Source of the DNA: Candidatus Heimdallarchaeota archaeon
GTDB taxonomy: Archaea; Asgardarchaeota; Heimdallarchaeia; JABLTI01
DNA: 15,297 nucleotides
NCBI GenBank assembly: GCA_019058275.1
Contig: JAHLVW010000084.1
Location: forward strand, 1-15,297
Direction: 5' to 3'
The number at the start of each line of letters is the position of its first letter. Position 1 is the first letter of the stretch. Below the pieces are notes generated by a model that saw only the letters and a list, made by a program, of their open reading frames with translations, did not search any database and was not told the origin of the DNA. This document shows positions 7,711 through 15,297 of this stretch, one piece after another. The translations under genes and the position numbers were made by a program.

Positions 7711-7806
7711 TGTGTTTTTACTCTCAAAAAACGGTTCATTTTATGTCAAAATGAAAAGTCTTTAAAGTGATTTTGTCCTAATTTAAATACTGTTGGAGAT
7801 AGAATT

Positions 7807-8103
7807 ATGATTTCGCAAAAGCAATTTCAATCGACTCTTAAGAAACTTTCCGGATTTGAAGGAGTTAGAGGAGTAATTATTACGAACAAAGAAGGTTTAC
7901 CAATATCAAGTGATATTGAAACTGATAAAACAGAATCTGTTGCTGCGCTTGTTTCATCCTTAGTTGGAAAAGCAACCCAAGCAGTTGAACAATTAGATGA
8001 AGGTGAATTAAACTTCTTTACTATTGACACTACTAAAGGTGAAATTCTAGTTGCTCCTGAAAACGACTATATTCTCATTGTTCTTAAAGGTAAAAAGAAA
8101 TAA
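7807..8103 (+). CDS. Roadblock/LC7 (MglB/LAMTOR2-like) protein
   Basis: [17 protein letters not shown]...AALVSSL...[17 protein letters not shown] is the canonical roadblock signature. GGAG lies upstream of the ATG. Confidence 0.93.
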   Translation: MISQKQFQSTLKKLSGFEGVRGVIITNKEGLPISSDIETDKTESVAALVSSLVGKATQAVEQLDEGELNFFTIDTTKGEILVAPENDYILIVLKGKKK

Positions 8104-8111
8104 AAAATCCA

Positions 8112-8137
8112 GAAGCTTATAATTTTTCATAAGCTTC
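8112..8137. terminator. Hairpin between the convergent roadblock genes (possible bidirectional terminator)
   Basis: A perfect 9-bp inverted repeat, GAAGCTTAT-N8-ATAAGCTTC, sits in the 78-bp gap between the two stop codons. Confidence 0.5.
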
Positions 8138-8181
8138 ATTATCTGTTTCTTATGAGTTTTATTTGAGCAGTTATAAAGTTA

Positions 8182-8673
8182 TTAGAATTTCTCAAGTTCT
8201 TTTAGAGCTTCTTCTAAGTTGTCTTCCATGGATTCATGAGCAGCACTGGCTGCTTTTGCAGCAGCGGAGGTTGGAAATTGAATCTTTTCTGAAAGGAATT
8301 CATTTAAGAGTTTTTCAATTTCAGAAGCCTCTCTCTTTAATACTAACCGAACTAAGCCGATATTAACATCATTGTCTGTTATGACACAGAGTATCCCTTT
8401 ACCACAGCTCGCAGCAAAAATCTTACCTTTACCAAATTCAGAAGAAACGATATCCAAATCACCTAGATCAAGGTTTACACCCTGTTCTTCACTGGCAACG
8501 AAAACTGCACTGGCAATTGCTCCTACTCCATCTACATCTATTGGAAAATAGGAGAATTTTGATACGTGGGCAATTGTTAATCCAGTTCTATCAACCAGAA
8601 TTACTTTTCTTATGCCAGCTTCTGCTTTGATAATTTTACTTAAGACATTGTCGAAGGCTTTTACGTTTATCAA
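8182..8673 (-). CDS. Roadblock/LC7 (MglB-like) protein with C-terminal extension
   Basis: GIRKVILVDRTGLTIA...GAIASAVFVASEEQG...EFGKGKIFAASCGKGILCVITDNDVNIGLVRL is a roadblock domain, followed by an Ala-rich linker and an acidic amphipathic terminal helix. TTG start. Confidence 0.92.
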   Translation of the reverse strand: MINVKAFDNVLSKIIKAEAGIRKVILVDRTGLTIAHVSKFSYFPIDVDGVGAIASAVFVASEEQGVNLDLGDLDIVSSEFGKGKIFAASCGKGILCVITDNDVNIGLVRLVLKREASEIEKLLNEFLSEKIQFPTSAAAKAASAAHESMEDNLEEALKELEKF

Positions 8674-8891
8674 ATTCCTGACCTCTTGATCAGTTCTTTT
8701 AATTTAACTTTGAATTAAATTAACTTACCTTACTAATATTTTTGCAATCGGATTTATAAGGATTCATGTTTCTGTAATTTCTGTACAGATGGTTTTCGTC
8801 CTAATTTTCCACTTTGGTTACTTTTTTATTAGTATAGCTTTTATTTTAGAACTAGTTTAACAATATCTAATCATTTGGAGTTGTCATTACC

Positions 8892-9716
8892 TTGAGTAAA
8901 CCCGAGAAAGGGAAGGATACTAAATATATTATAACTGTTAGGGCACTATGTGATATTTGCAAAAATGTTGACACATTTCAGATTCCCACTAAAGATCTTT
9001 TACCTCATATTGGAGGATTATACCAAGTCTCTACAATTCATCATTGCAATGACAATAAGGAAATGGTCATAAATATTGTTCTTGATCGTAACTTTGCAGT
9101 TAGGCAATCATCTGTTTCTCCTTTTGTTGCAGAACGCGAAATTGACCGTTGGTCACCAGAGAAAGTTAATAATATTAGATTTTTAGTAAAGCAAGTCAAG
9201 GAAGCTGATAGAGTTGTTCAAGCTGTGCTTTCAAATAGAACAGTGGTTATTGCTAGTAATAATAAGACCTTTGTTACAAAGATTGTGCATACTTTAGAAT
9301 TGTTTTCACCTACAAGGTTTCCACAATCAGTAGATTGGACTGATAAAGTACTTGAGGATAAAAAAATAATTGGAACATCTCCTGCAGTAGCGAAGGATTA
9401 TAAAAATGTAGTTCTTGTCAATTTAGACACAAAAAAAGTTACCAATGTAAAACCAGCTAATTACTGTCAAACCTTCTTAGATAGTTTAGTTACTTTGGAA
9501 CCAATTGGAATGGCATATGCTGCTAGATTAAAAATTAGCAATCTTATTGAGTTTGCAAAAATGCTAATTGATTTAAGTAAAGAACCTGAGATTGGACCAA
9601 GAGCTATTGATCTTGTAAGAATGGATGTTAGTGCAGATGCTTTGGAGCTAATTCTAGAAATAGTTGATGGTTTTGATCCCACTGCTACTCAGATAATTAA
9701 AGAGAATTGGATTTAA
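8892..9716 (+). CDS. Putative DENN/folliculin-C-like protein with N-terminal Zn-binding domain
   Basis: The N-terminus has CDIC...HHC...VLDRNFAVR. Residues ~95-185 (VVQAVLSNRTVVIASNNKTFVTKIVHTLELFSP...IIGTS...VVLVNLDTKKV) follow the cDENN pattern. The C-terminus is helical. TTG start with GGAG upstream. Confidence 0.65.
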   Translation: MSKPEKGKDTKYIITVRALCDICKNVDTFQIPTKDLLPHIGGLYQVSTIHHCNDNKEMVINIVLDRNFAVRQSSVSPFVAEREIDRWSPEKVNNIRFLVKQVKEADRVVQAVLSNRTVVIASNNKTFVTKIVHTLELFSPTRFPQSVDWTDKVLEDKKIIGTSPAVAKDYKNVVLVNLDTKKVTNVKPANYCQTFLDSLVTLEPIGMAYAARLKISNLIEFAKMLIDLSKEPEIGPRAIDLVRMDVSADALELILEIVDGFDPTATQIIKENWI

Positions 9717-9752
9717 TCAAATCGACTTACAGTTCATTTCTATTTGTTTAAA

Positions 9753-10976
9753 TCATATCTCATTTAGTTTTTCTTCAATTATTTGTTCTATCAATGCAAA
9801 AAGATTCTTCGTATTTTTGATTGCTGCTTGAGCAATTTTTGGAGTGCCCCCACCTTTGTTGTTTGTTTTCTTACAATAGATCTTAATCAATTCATCCGCT
9901 GGAAGCTTCTTTTCTTCAGAAACAATTACCAATATCGGACCTTTCACAATTACTACTGCAAGTGTATTCTTTGATAATTGACCCAATTCTTGTAAAACAA
10001 ATTTCTTTTCCGCATAATGAAAATTATCTTTGATGACCTTTACTGAACCGATAGTTATGGGGTTATTCTTGACTTCCTCAAGTTTTTGCTCTAGAACGAT
10101 TTTAGTTAATTGGCTATTATTCTCTTTTAATTCATTAAACTCCTCGATTACTTTATTCATCCTTTTTCCTACTTCTGTTGGTTTTGCTAATAACAATTTT
10201 GAAGTTTTAATAACGTCCAAATTGATTGAAGCAAACCTTTCTAATGCGTTCTTTCCAAAAGAGAAATTTATTGATTCCCCTTTAAAATCATTGATAATAA
10301 TAATGCCAATTTCGCTAGTATTTTTACAGTGAGTTCCTCCGCAAAGTGATTGATCTAAATCATCAATTGAGACAATACGAACCTTTGGTGTATCAATTTC
10401 CACTAAGCTTCCTCTCAATATTGCCTTAATTTTCTCTGGGATCTTACCCTTCTCATAGAAAGCTGATTGGACATTCTTACCAGAGAGTAAAAATGAATTT
10501 GTGTTAATTAACACGGTAGATAATTCACTTTCTGAAATCTTTCTCTTAAGATAAATTACAACCTCGGTTTCATCTATTGTTGCTTTCATAGTTTTTATAT
10601 TTACTAGATTCACAATAAACGCAGACAGTACATGTTGTGAAGTATGGGCTAACATTAAGTTATATCGTCTTTTCCAATTTATCTCACCTATTACCTTTAA
10701 TCCCATCTTGAATTCAGGATCAATTTTCCCTTTGACATAATGCACAATCTCGTTATCTATCTTCTCAATTGATTTTATTGTTAATTTCTTAGATTTTTTG
10801 TTCTGCAAGATTATATGACCATGATCTGAAAATTGACCACCACCAGCTGGGTAAAAAGCAGTTCTATCTAAAATTAAAGAGTCATCTCTTTTTTCTAAAA
10901 TTGTTGCTTCAAATTTAGTAAGATACTGATCATCCCAAAATAACTGTTCTGTTAGTGTTTCCTTTGGATTCTGCAT
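9753..10976 (-). CDS. alaX: AlaX-L-type alanyl-tRNA trans-editing protein (editing domain + C-Ala/DHHA1)
   Basis: LDRTAFYPAGGGQFSDHG, Zn ligands HTSQH and LCGGTH, a coiled coil and a C-terminal KGGGTPKIAQA are present. There is no aminoacylation domain. The start is ATG 10976 or TTG 10985. Confidence 0.9.
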   Translation of the reverse strand: MQNPKETLTEQLFWDDQYLTKFEATILEKRDDSLILDRTAFYPAGGGQFSDHGHIILQNKKSKKLTIKSIEKIDNEIVHYVKGKIDPEFKMGLKVIGEINWKRRYNLMLAHTSQHVLSAFIVNLVNIKTMKATIDETEVVIYLKRKISESELSTVLINTNSFLLSGKNVQSAFYEKGKIPEKIKAILRGSLVEIDTPKVRIVSIDDLDQSLCGGTHCKNTSEIGIIIINDFKGESINFSFGKNALERFASINLDVIKTSKLLLAKPTEVGKRMNKVIEEFNELKENNSQLTKIVLEQKLEEVKNNPITIGSVKVIKDNFHYAEKKFVLQELGQLSKNTLAVVIVKGPILVIVSEEKKLPADELIKIYCKKTNNKGGGTPKIAQAAIKNTKNLFALIEQIIEEKLNEI

Positions 10977-11035
10977 TATTATCAATTACAGATAGTATGT
11001 ATTAGCTACTTAATAGTTACTAACATTTATTTTGC

Positions 11036-13309
11036 TTATAATGAAGCAGAGATTATTCCAATTAGCACAACAAAATCCTTTATAGGCAGCTCATCAACTT
11101 TTTTACTTTGCGATACTTTTAGGCTTTGAGTTTTACAAAATGCTGAAAAATTAAATAGATCCTTTGCTAATTGCTGAACTTCTCCCTTTAATGTATCAAT
11201 TACCATACTAAAGATTTCAGCAGATTTCCTTGAGTATTTTTCTGCAGCTCTAAATAGCTTCTCAGCTTTTACTCTTTCTTTTATGTTTGCAAACTCCTGT
11301 GCTTGAATAATAGCTTGACATGATTTGAAGAAAAGCATTGCTCCTTCTGTATGAGCTCTTTTCTTTTCAATATACTCCCAGTTAACTACATCTTCAGATG
11401 TGATTTGATACTTTTTCTTGTGTTTTAAAATCGCTTCATAATGAGATGTCAGTCTTTCCCAAATAGTAATCATTGAATCGAACATATACCCATGATTTTC
11501 TATTATTAAAATAGCAATTTCGATAGGAACTTTGCTCAAATCCATTGTAGCTAAAATGTCAGGTAATGTCCGAAGTAAATACCTTGCAAAGAAATATTGG
11601 TTGCCTATTTGGAGAATTGATGCTTCTTTCAAATGACTTTGAACTAAGGTTCTACTAAATTCGTATTTGACAAATTCTTGCAATTCTTCCAATACTACCC
11701 CTTTTTCGAGATTCTCATATGATTCATGTGCACTAAGGAAGCTCTTAACGAGCATACAAAGAGCTTTTGTTGAATTCTTTTCTTTCAAACCTTTGAGTCT
11801 GTAACCTTCGCTCAATAGAATATTCAATAGTACTTTACTTTTGGAAATGAGTGTTTTCCTATCTTTAACAAAGGGTGGTATAAGGAGAATCGATATTAGA
11901 ATATCTTGTATTTTTACTGTTTCAGTATCACAAAAAGCATTTTTTATTTCTAGATCAACAAGATCATCAATCCAGGGTAGTTGTAGAAAAGCTCTACCAA
12001 TGTTATCTATCCTACCCTTGAAAATTACACCTAGTCGTCTAAATCCTTTCTTTATTTCAGTCTTGATTCTTTCTTTTGTTAGGTTTTCATGTTTAGCTAG
12101 AATCTTAAGATTCTCCAAAACAAAACCGACGGTGTTCAAGAATTCGGATTGATTGTAAAATTCAATGTTTGATAGTGGCGCTTCTGATAGTGAAGTTAAA
12201 CTACTGATTCTTGCATTCAGATCCTTCTTTGTTAATTCTTCTGAAGATATTTCGATAATTGAGCATGTTAATGCTACTAATGTTGTAAATACCTCAGTAA
12301 ATTCAATGTTAACTTCAATTTGCTCAATTAGATCTTTAGAGAGAGATGATTCCACTGGTATTTGATTTATTTCCTTTAAGCTTTCATTGAATTCTTTATT
12401 TGCTAACATAAAACAATCATAAGCGTGTTGATGGTTGTCTCGCATAAGTGAATTTATTGCCAATTCAAGATAATAGGAACCGGTTGCTATTTTTGCTTGC
12501 CCTTTACAAATAGCAATTTCAAAATCAATGGTTAAAAGTAAGCTTGGATCGAGTGGATTTTTTAATAGTATCTCTCGAGCCTCTGAAAAGAATTTATCTG
12601 CTCTTGTAAAGATAAAGAATTTTAGTAATTGGTCATCCCACCAGAAATTTTCTTTGGCAAATTCCAATACTTGGGAGTAGTTGTCTTTGTATAATGTTCC
12701 TTTACATCGAAGATTTTTGATTTTTTGTTCTAATAACAAATCCTTGTGTTTATTCTTTTTACCTTTGTTTAATGATTCTAGATTTGTATACAATTGTGAT
12801 TCAAAATTTATCTTCCCAATTGAAGTCATCATTTTGAGGAATTCTTCATCTATTAGCAACTCTTTTCCTAAACTGAATAGAATTATTTCAGAAAGCTCAT
12901 GCATTTGTTGGGCATAATCATCAATAATAGGAGAATCTTTTATTGTTTTGAAAACTCCTTCCAACATAGTCTCATAATAAAGCAATGAAAGAACGCGAGC
13001 AAAGAACTCAAGAAGGATAGATTGGTCTCGAGATCTTGAGACAACTTCAAATGCCTTGGGATTACTCCTTAAGGATTTGATATTTTCGGATAATGTTTCT
13101 TGATATTCGTATCGTTCAAGCCTTGAGGCTGTAGCAATTTGATTGAGAGAGATAGCGCAAACTTTAGCAAAATCAGGCCATTTTGAACAGATTTCCTCAA
13201 TTTTCACTCCTTTAACAGAGGAAAAAATCTCCTTTTTATGTGAGTCAAAAGTAACTAAACGATCAAAAAGTTGCTCCTTCAATACATCAAATAATTCAGC
13301 TTTAGACAT
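11036..13309 (-). CDS. Large predominantly alpha-helical hypothetical protein (possible TPR-like solenoid)
   Basis: 757-aa ORF rich in L/I/E/K, with TPR-like helix pairs (HQHAYDCFMLANKEF; KAEKLFRAAEKYSRKSAEIF). No TM segment or catalytic motif seen. Confidence 0.8.
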   Translation of the reverse strand: MSKAELFDVLKEQLFDRLVTFDSHKKEIFSSVKGVKIEEICSKWPDFAKVCAISLNQIATASRLERYEYQETLSENIKSLRSNPKAFEVVSRSRDQSILLEFFARVLSLLYYETMLEGVFKTIKDSPIIDDYAQQMHELSEIILFSLGKELLIDEEFLKMMTSIGKINFESQLYTNLESLNKGKKNKHKDLLLEQKIKNLRCKGTLYKDNYSQVLEFAKENFWWDDQLLKFFIFTRADKFFSEAREILLKNPLDPSLLLTIDFEIAICKGQAKIATGSYYLELAINSLMRDNHQHAYDCFMLANKEFNESLKEINQIPVESSLSKDLIEQIEVNIEFTEVFTTLVALTCSIIEISSEELTKKDLNARISSLTSLSEAPLSNIEFYNQSEFLNTVGFVLENLKILAKHENLTKERIKTEIKKGFRRLGVIFKGRIDNIGRAFLQLPWIDDLVDLEIKNAFCDTETVKIQDILISILLIPPFVKDRKTLISKSKVLLNILLSEGYRLKGLKEKNSTKALCMLVKSFLSAHESYENLEKGVVLEELQEFVKYEFSRTLVQSHLKEASILQIGNQYFFARYLLRTLPDILATMDLSKVPIEIAILIIENHGYMFDSMITIWERLTSHYEAILKHKKKYQITSEDVVNWEYIEKKRAHTEGAMLFFKSCQAIIQAQEFANIKERVKAEKLFRAAEKYSRKSAEIFSMVIDTLKGEVQQLAKDLFNFSAFCKTQSLKVSQSKKVDELPIKDFVVLIGIISASL

Positions 13310-13431
13310 TAATAGAACCCCTAGTTAGCTTATTGTCAAATCCTTCATTCCACTCGCAGATGAATTACTATAATTATAAACTACAATTAAATCATTCCCA
13401 AGAGGCAAAAGAGTGTCTATGAAAACAAATT

Positions 13432-13623
13432 CTAATAGTAATTGTCTCGAGGAACAATCTTCCTTTCTTTGAATAGAATTATCTCACCACATACAGGACA
13501 GCTAAAGTAAATCTTTGGATATTTGAAAGAATATACTTGAAGTTTAACCAAATTACCACAAATATGACAGAACCGAAGTTTCTTAATTTCTTCATCTGCT
13601 ACTCTTTCCATTTCTGTAGACAT
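13432..13623 (-). CDS. Small zinc-ribbon protein
   Basis: CHICG and CPVCG knuckles, ATG start, AGGA upstream. Confidence 0.75.
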   Translation of the reverse strand: MSTEMERVADEEIKKLRFCHICGNLVKLQVYSFKYPKIYFSCPVCGEIILFKERKIVPRDNYY

Positions 13624-13781
13624 GTTCCTTTCTTACCTTTGCAATTGTTATTCTACATTTATTGTAAATAACCAATCTAATTAGGAGAAGTTAGACTCAG
13701 AGGGATAAACGAAAGTATCTGGATAGAACTAAACCTAGTGTTATTAAGAAAAAAAAAGATTGTTGGAAATTAACCATTAAA

Positions 13782-14309
13782 TCAGAATGGTGAATTCCAA
13801 GGTTTGATTTGAGTATCATTGAAGGCTATAGGTGCTTTGTAAAGTAGGAAATCAATTAGCAAAGAAATTTCAGCTTCGACACGCATTTCTCCGTCTTGGA
13901 TGGCTAATACAGCAATGTTAGAAGTCATATTCACCTCTAGTGCACCAGTCCAAGTATCACCCTTTGCAACATCACCGATAGTATTTTCTCCTTGACCCAA
14001 TAAAATACCATTAAGCGAACTAATAGCAAATCCTTGACCGTAGACTTTCAGAGAGATCTGTAAATCTCTAATGTTATAGAGACCACCATTAATGATTTCA
14101 AATGGAGTTTCAGTTACAATGAATCCTTCATAATCAATGCTGGGAGGAAAGATTATCACAATTTCAAAAATGTAACTAGTAATTGTCGCCTCTCCAACAT
14201 CATAGCTGACGTTATTCTTTGTATAAAGCAACGTACCAACGAAAGCACTGATCAGTATAGCCAAAATAGTTGGCACAACAATCAGTGTAATTTTAATCCC
14301 TTTTTTTAT
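13782..14309 (-). CDS. Membrane-anchored beta-rich protein (LEA_2/WHy-like, tentative)
   Basis: An N-terminal hydrophobic anchor is followed by beta-strand patterns with FEIINGGLYNI, an NxG-type motif. The frame is open upstream of GTG 14276 and gives (I)KKGIKITLIVV from ATA 14309, so the start is uncertain. Confidence 0.65.
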   Translation of the reverse strand: MKKGIKITLIVVPTILAILISAFVGTLLYTKNNVSYDVGEATITSYIFEIVIIFPPSIDYEGFIVTETPFEIINGGLYNIRDLQISLKVYGQGFAISSLNGILLGQGENTIGDVAKGDTWTGALEVNMTSNIAVLAIQDGEMRVEAEISLLIDFLLYKAPIAFNDTQIKPWNSPF

Positions 14310-14440
14310 GAAATAAATATATTCTATCGTTATAAAAATTTTAAGGAGAAATTATTTAGACAATAATCAAAGCTATTTTTTGGGAAGATTTTATTTATCA
14401 GTTTAGGTGTATTATTACTAGGAACATCGGTGGTTATTAT

Positions 14441-14623
14441 ATGTCAAAGAAAATTGAAGTGCCAAAGACGATTAAAATTGGCAATGAGCGATTTAAATTA
14501 ACTGGCAGTTTTGCAACAAAAGCAGAGGCAAAGAAAAAAGCAGATTGGCATAGGTATAAAGGAAAAAAAGTGCGAACAAAAAAAATCGGACAAAAATTTC
14601 ACAATTATACCAAGAGTAAATGA
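14441..14623 (+). CDS. Small very basic protein (60 aa)
   Basis: ATG start with GGTGG upstream. Lys-rich, with a GSFATKAEA motif. Confidence 0.65.
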   Translation: MSKKIEVPKTIKIGNERFKLTGSFATKAEAKKKADWHRYKGKKVRTKKIGQKFHNYTKSK

Positions 14624-14719
14624 AATAAAAGGAATAGTAGGTATAAGGGGTTTTGAAACCATTTGTAAAATGTCAATTAATGTCCTATGTTAAAAATTAA
14701 TCTCCCGTTCACTTATTTA

Positions 14720-15295
14720 TTATAACAAGACATAACCGTTTTCTACAGGATAACCTAGATGAATTAAAACAATTTCCTCAACGATATTCTCAGATATATT
14801 TGTAATAGAACTCAACCAGAAGATAGAAGCTTTCGTTTGATTTGCTAACAAACGATTTACTTTTTTAATCATATCATCTGTTATTCCAACTGTTTCAGAA
14901 ACTAAATAACTGGGTTCTTCCATTAGCTCAATAAACTCAGATTCATCAGGAGTTTTCCAGCAGTTGATAACAACTTTGTGAAAATTGCCTGCTTTGGTTG
15001 TAAATTTGAAATAATCCTCATAACAAGTTATTGGAGTTTCCTCACTTATTTGTTCCCTTAAGAATTCAAAATCTTCAATGTCCTTAAAGCTAATTTCTGC
15101 ATTAGTATGTCTATCTTTCCATATCATCTCATTGGGAGTAATTTTGATAGCACTACCACTAATTGATAATCTTAGTGATGCAAAAATAAGAGCTGCAAAA
15201 ACAAACCCTATACCTGCACCAATTAGCACATTGTGTTCAAAGAGCATATTGTGAAATGATTCTGTTAACCCTACATTAGCACCAATAATTAGGAA
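14720..15295 (-). CDS. Membrane protein with a bacterial-PH-like segment, probably 5'-truncated by the window edge
   Basis: A TM helix is followed by IKITPNEMIWK...EISFKDIEDF, a PH-like pattern. The frame stays open from ATG 15247 to the window end (FLIIGANVGLTESFHN). Confidence 0.7.
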   Translation of the reverse strand, partial: FLIIGANVGLTESFHNMLFEHNVLIGAGIGFVFAALIFASLRLSISGSAIKITPNEMIWKDRHTNAEISFKDIEDFEFLREQISEETPITCYEDYFKFTTKAGNFHKVVINCWKTPDESEFIELMEEPSYLVSETVGITDDMIKKVNRLLANQTKASIFWLSSITNISENIVEEIVLIHLGYPVENGYVLL

Positions 15296-15297
15296 AA

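Noticed and set aside
6737-10332. Short antisense ORFs 6737-6946, 7827-8030, 8163-8366, 9467-9682, 9783-9974 and 10030-10332
   Set aside because: All lie opposite well-supported genes and lack motifs.
9753-10985. Full alanyl-tRNA synthetase (alaS)
   Set aside because: The N-terminal aminoacylation domain is absent. Only the editing and C-Ala domains are present.
11841-13328. Short + strand ORFs 11841-12152, 12165-12365, 12681-12917 and 13143-13328
   Set aside because: Antisense shadows of the 757-aa gene.
14511-14693. 60-aa overlapping ORF
   Set aside because: Alternative frame of the A-rich 14441-14623 gene, which has the better start and ribosome-binding site.

Overview
AT-rich archaeal DNA whose gene content points to an Asgard archaeon (inferred from eukaryotic-signature domains, not from a database search). 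The left ~3 kb looks accessory. It holds a hypothetical ORF, a vapBC toxin-antitoxin pair with a palindromic operator bracketed by two degenerate tRNA 3'-end copies, and a membrane sensor histidine kinase broken by an in-frame stop and a frameshift. Positions 3038-9716 are dense in eukaryote-like modules: a Rag/Arf-like small GTPase with a Pro-rich linker and a C-terminal roadblock-like domain, a longin domain fused to 4 TM helices, a wHTH-Yip1 membrane protein, a gelsolin-like/wHTH/H1-like basic protein, a stand-alone NrdD glycyl-radical tail, two convergent roadblock/LC7 proteins, and a Zn-binding plus DENN/folliculin-like protein. Together these resemble the parts list of the eukaryotic Rag-Ragulator-FLCN system. 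The right part encodes an AlaX trans-editing enzyme, a large helical protein and small hypothetical proteins. All domain calls come from reading motifs by eye.
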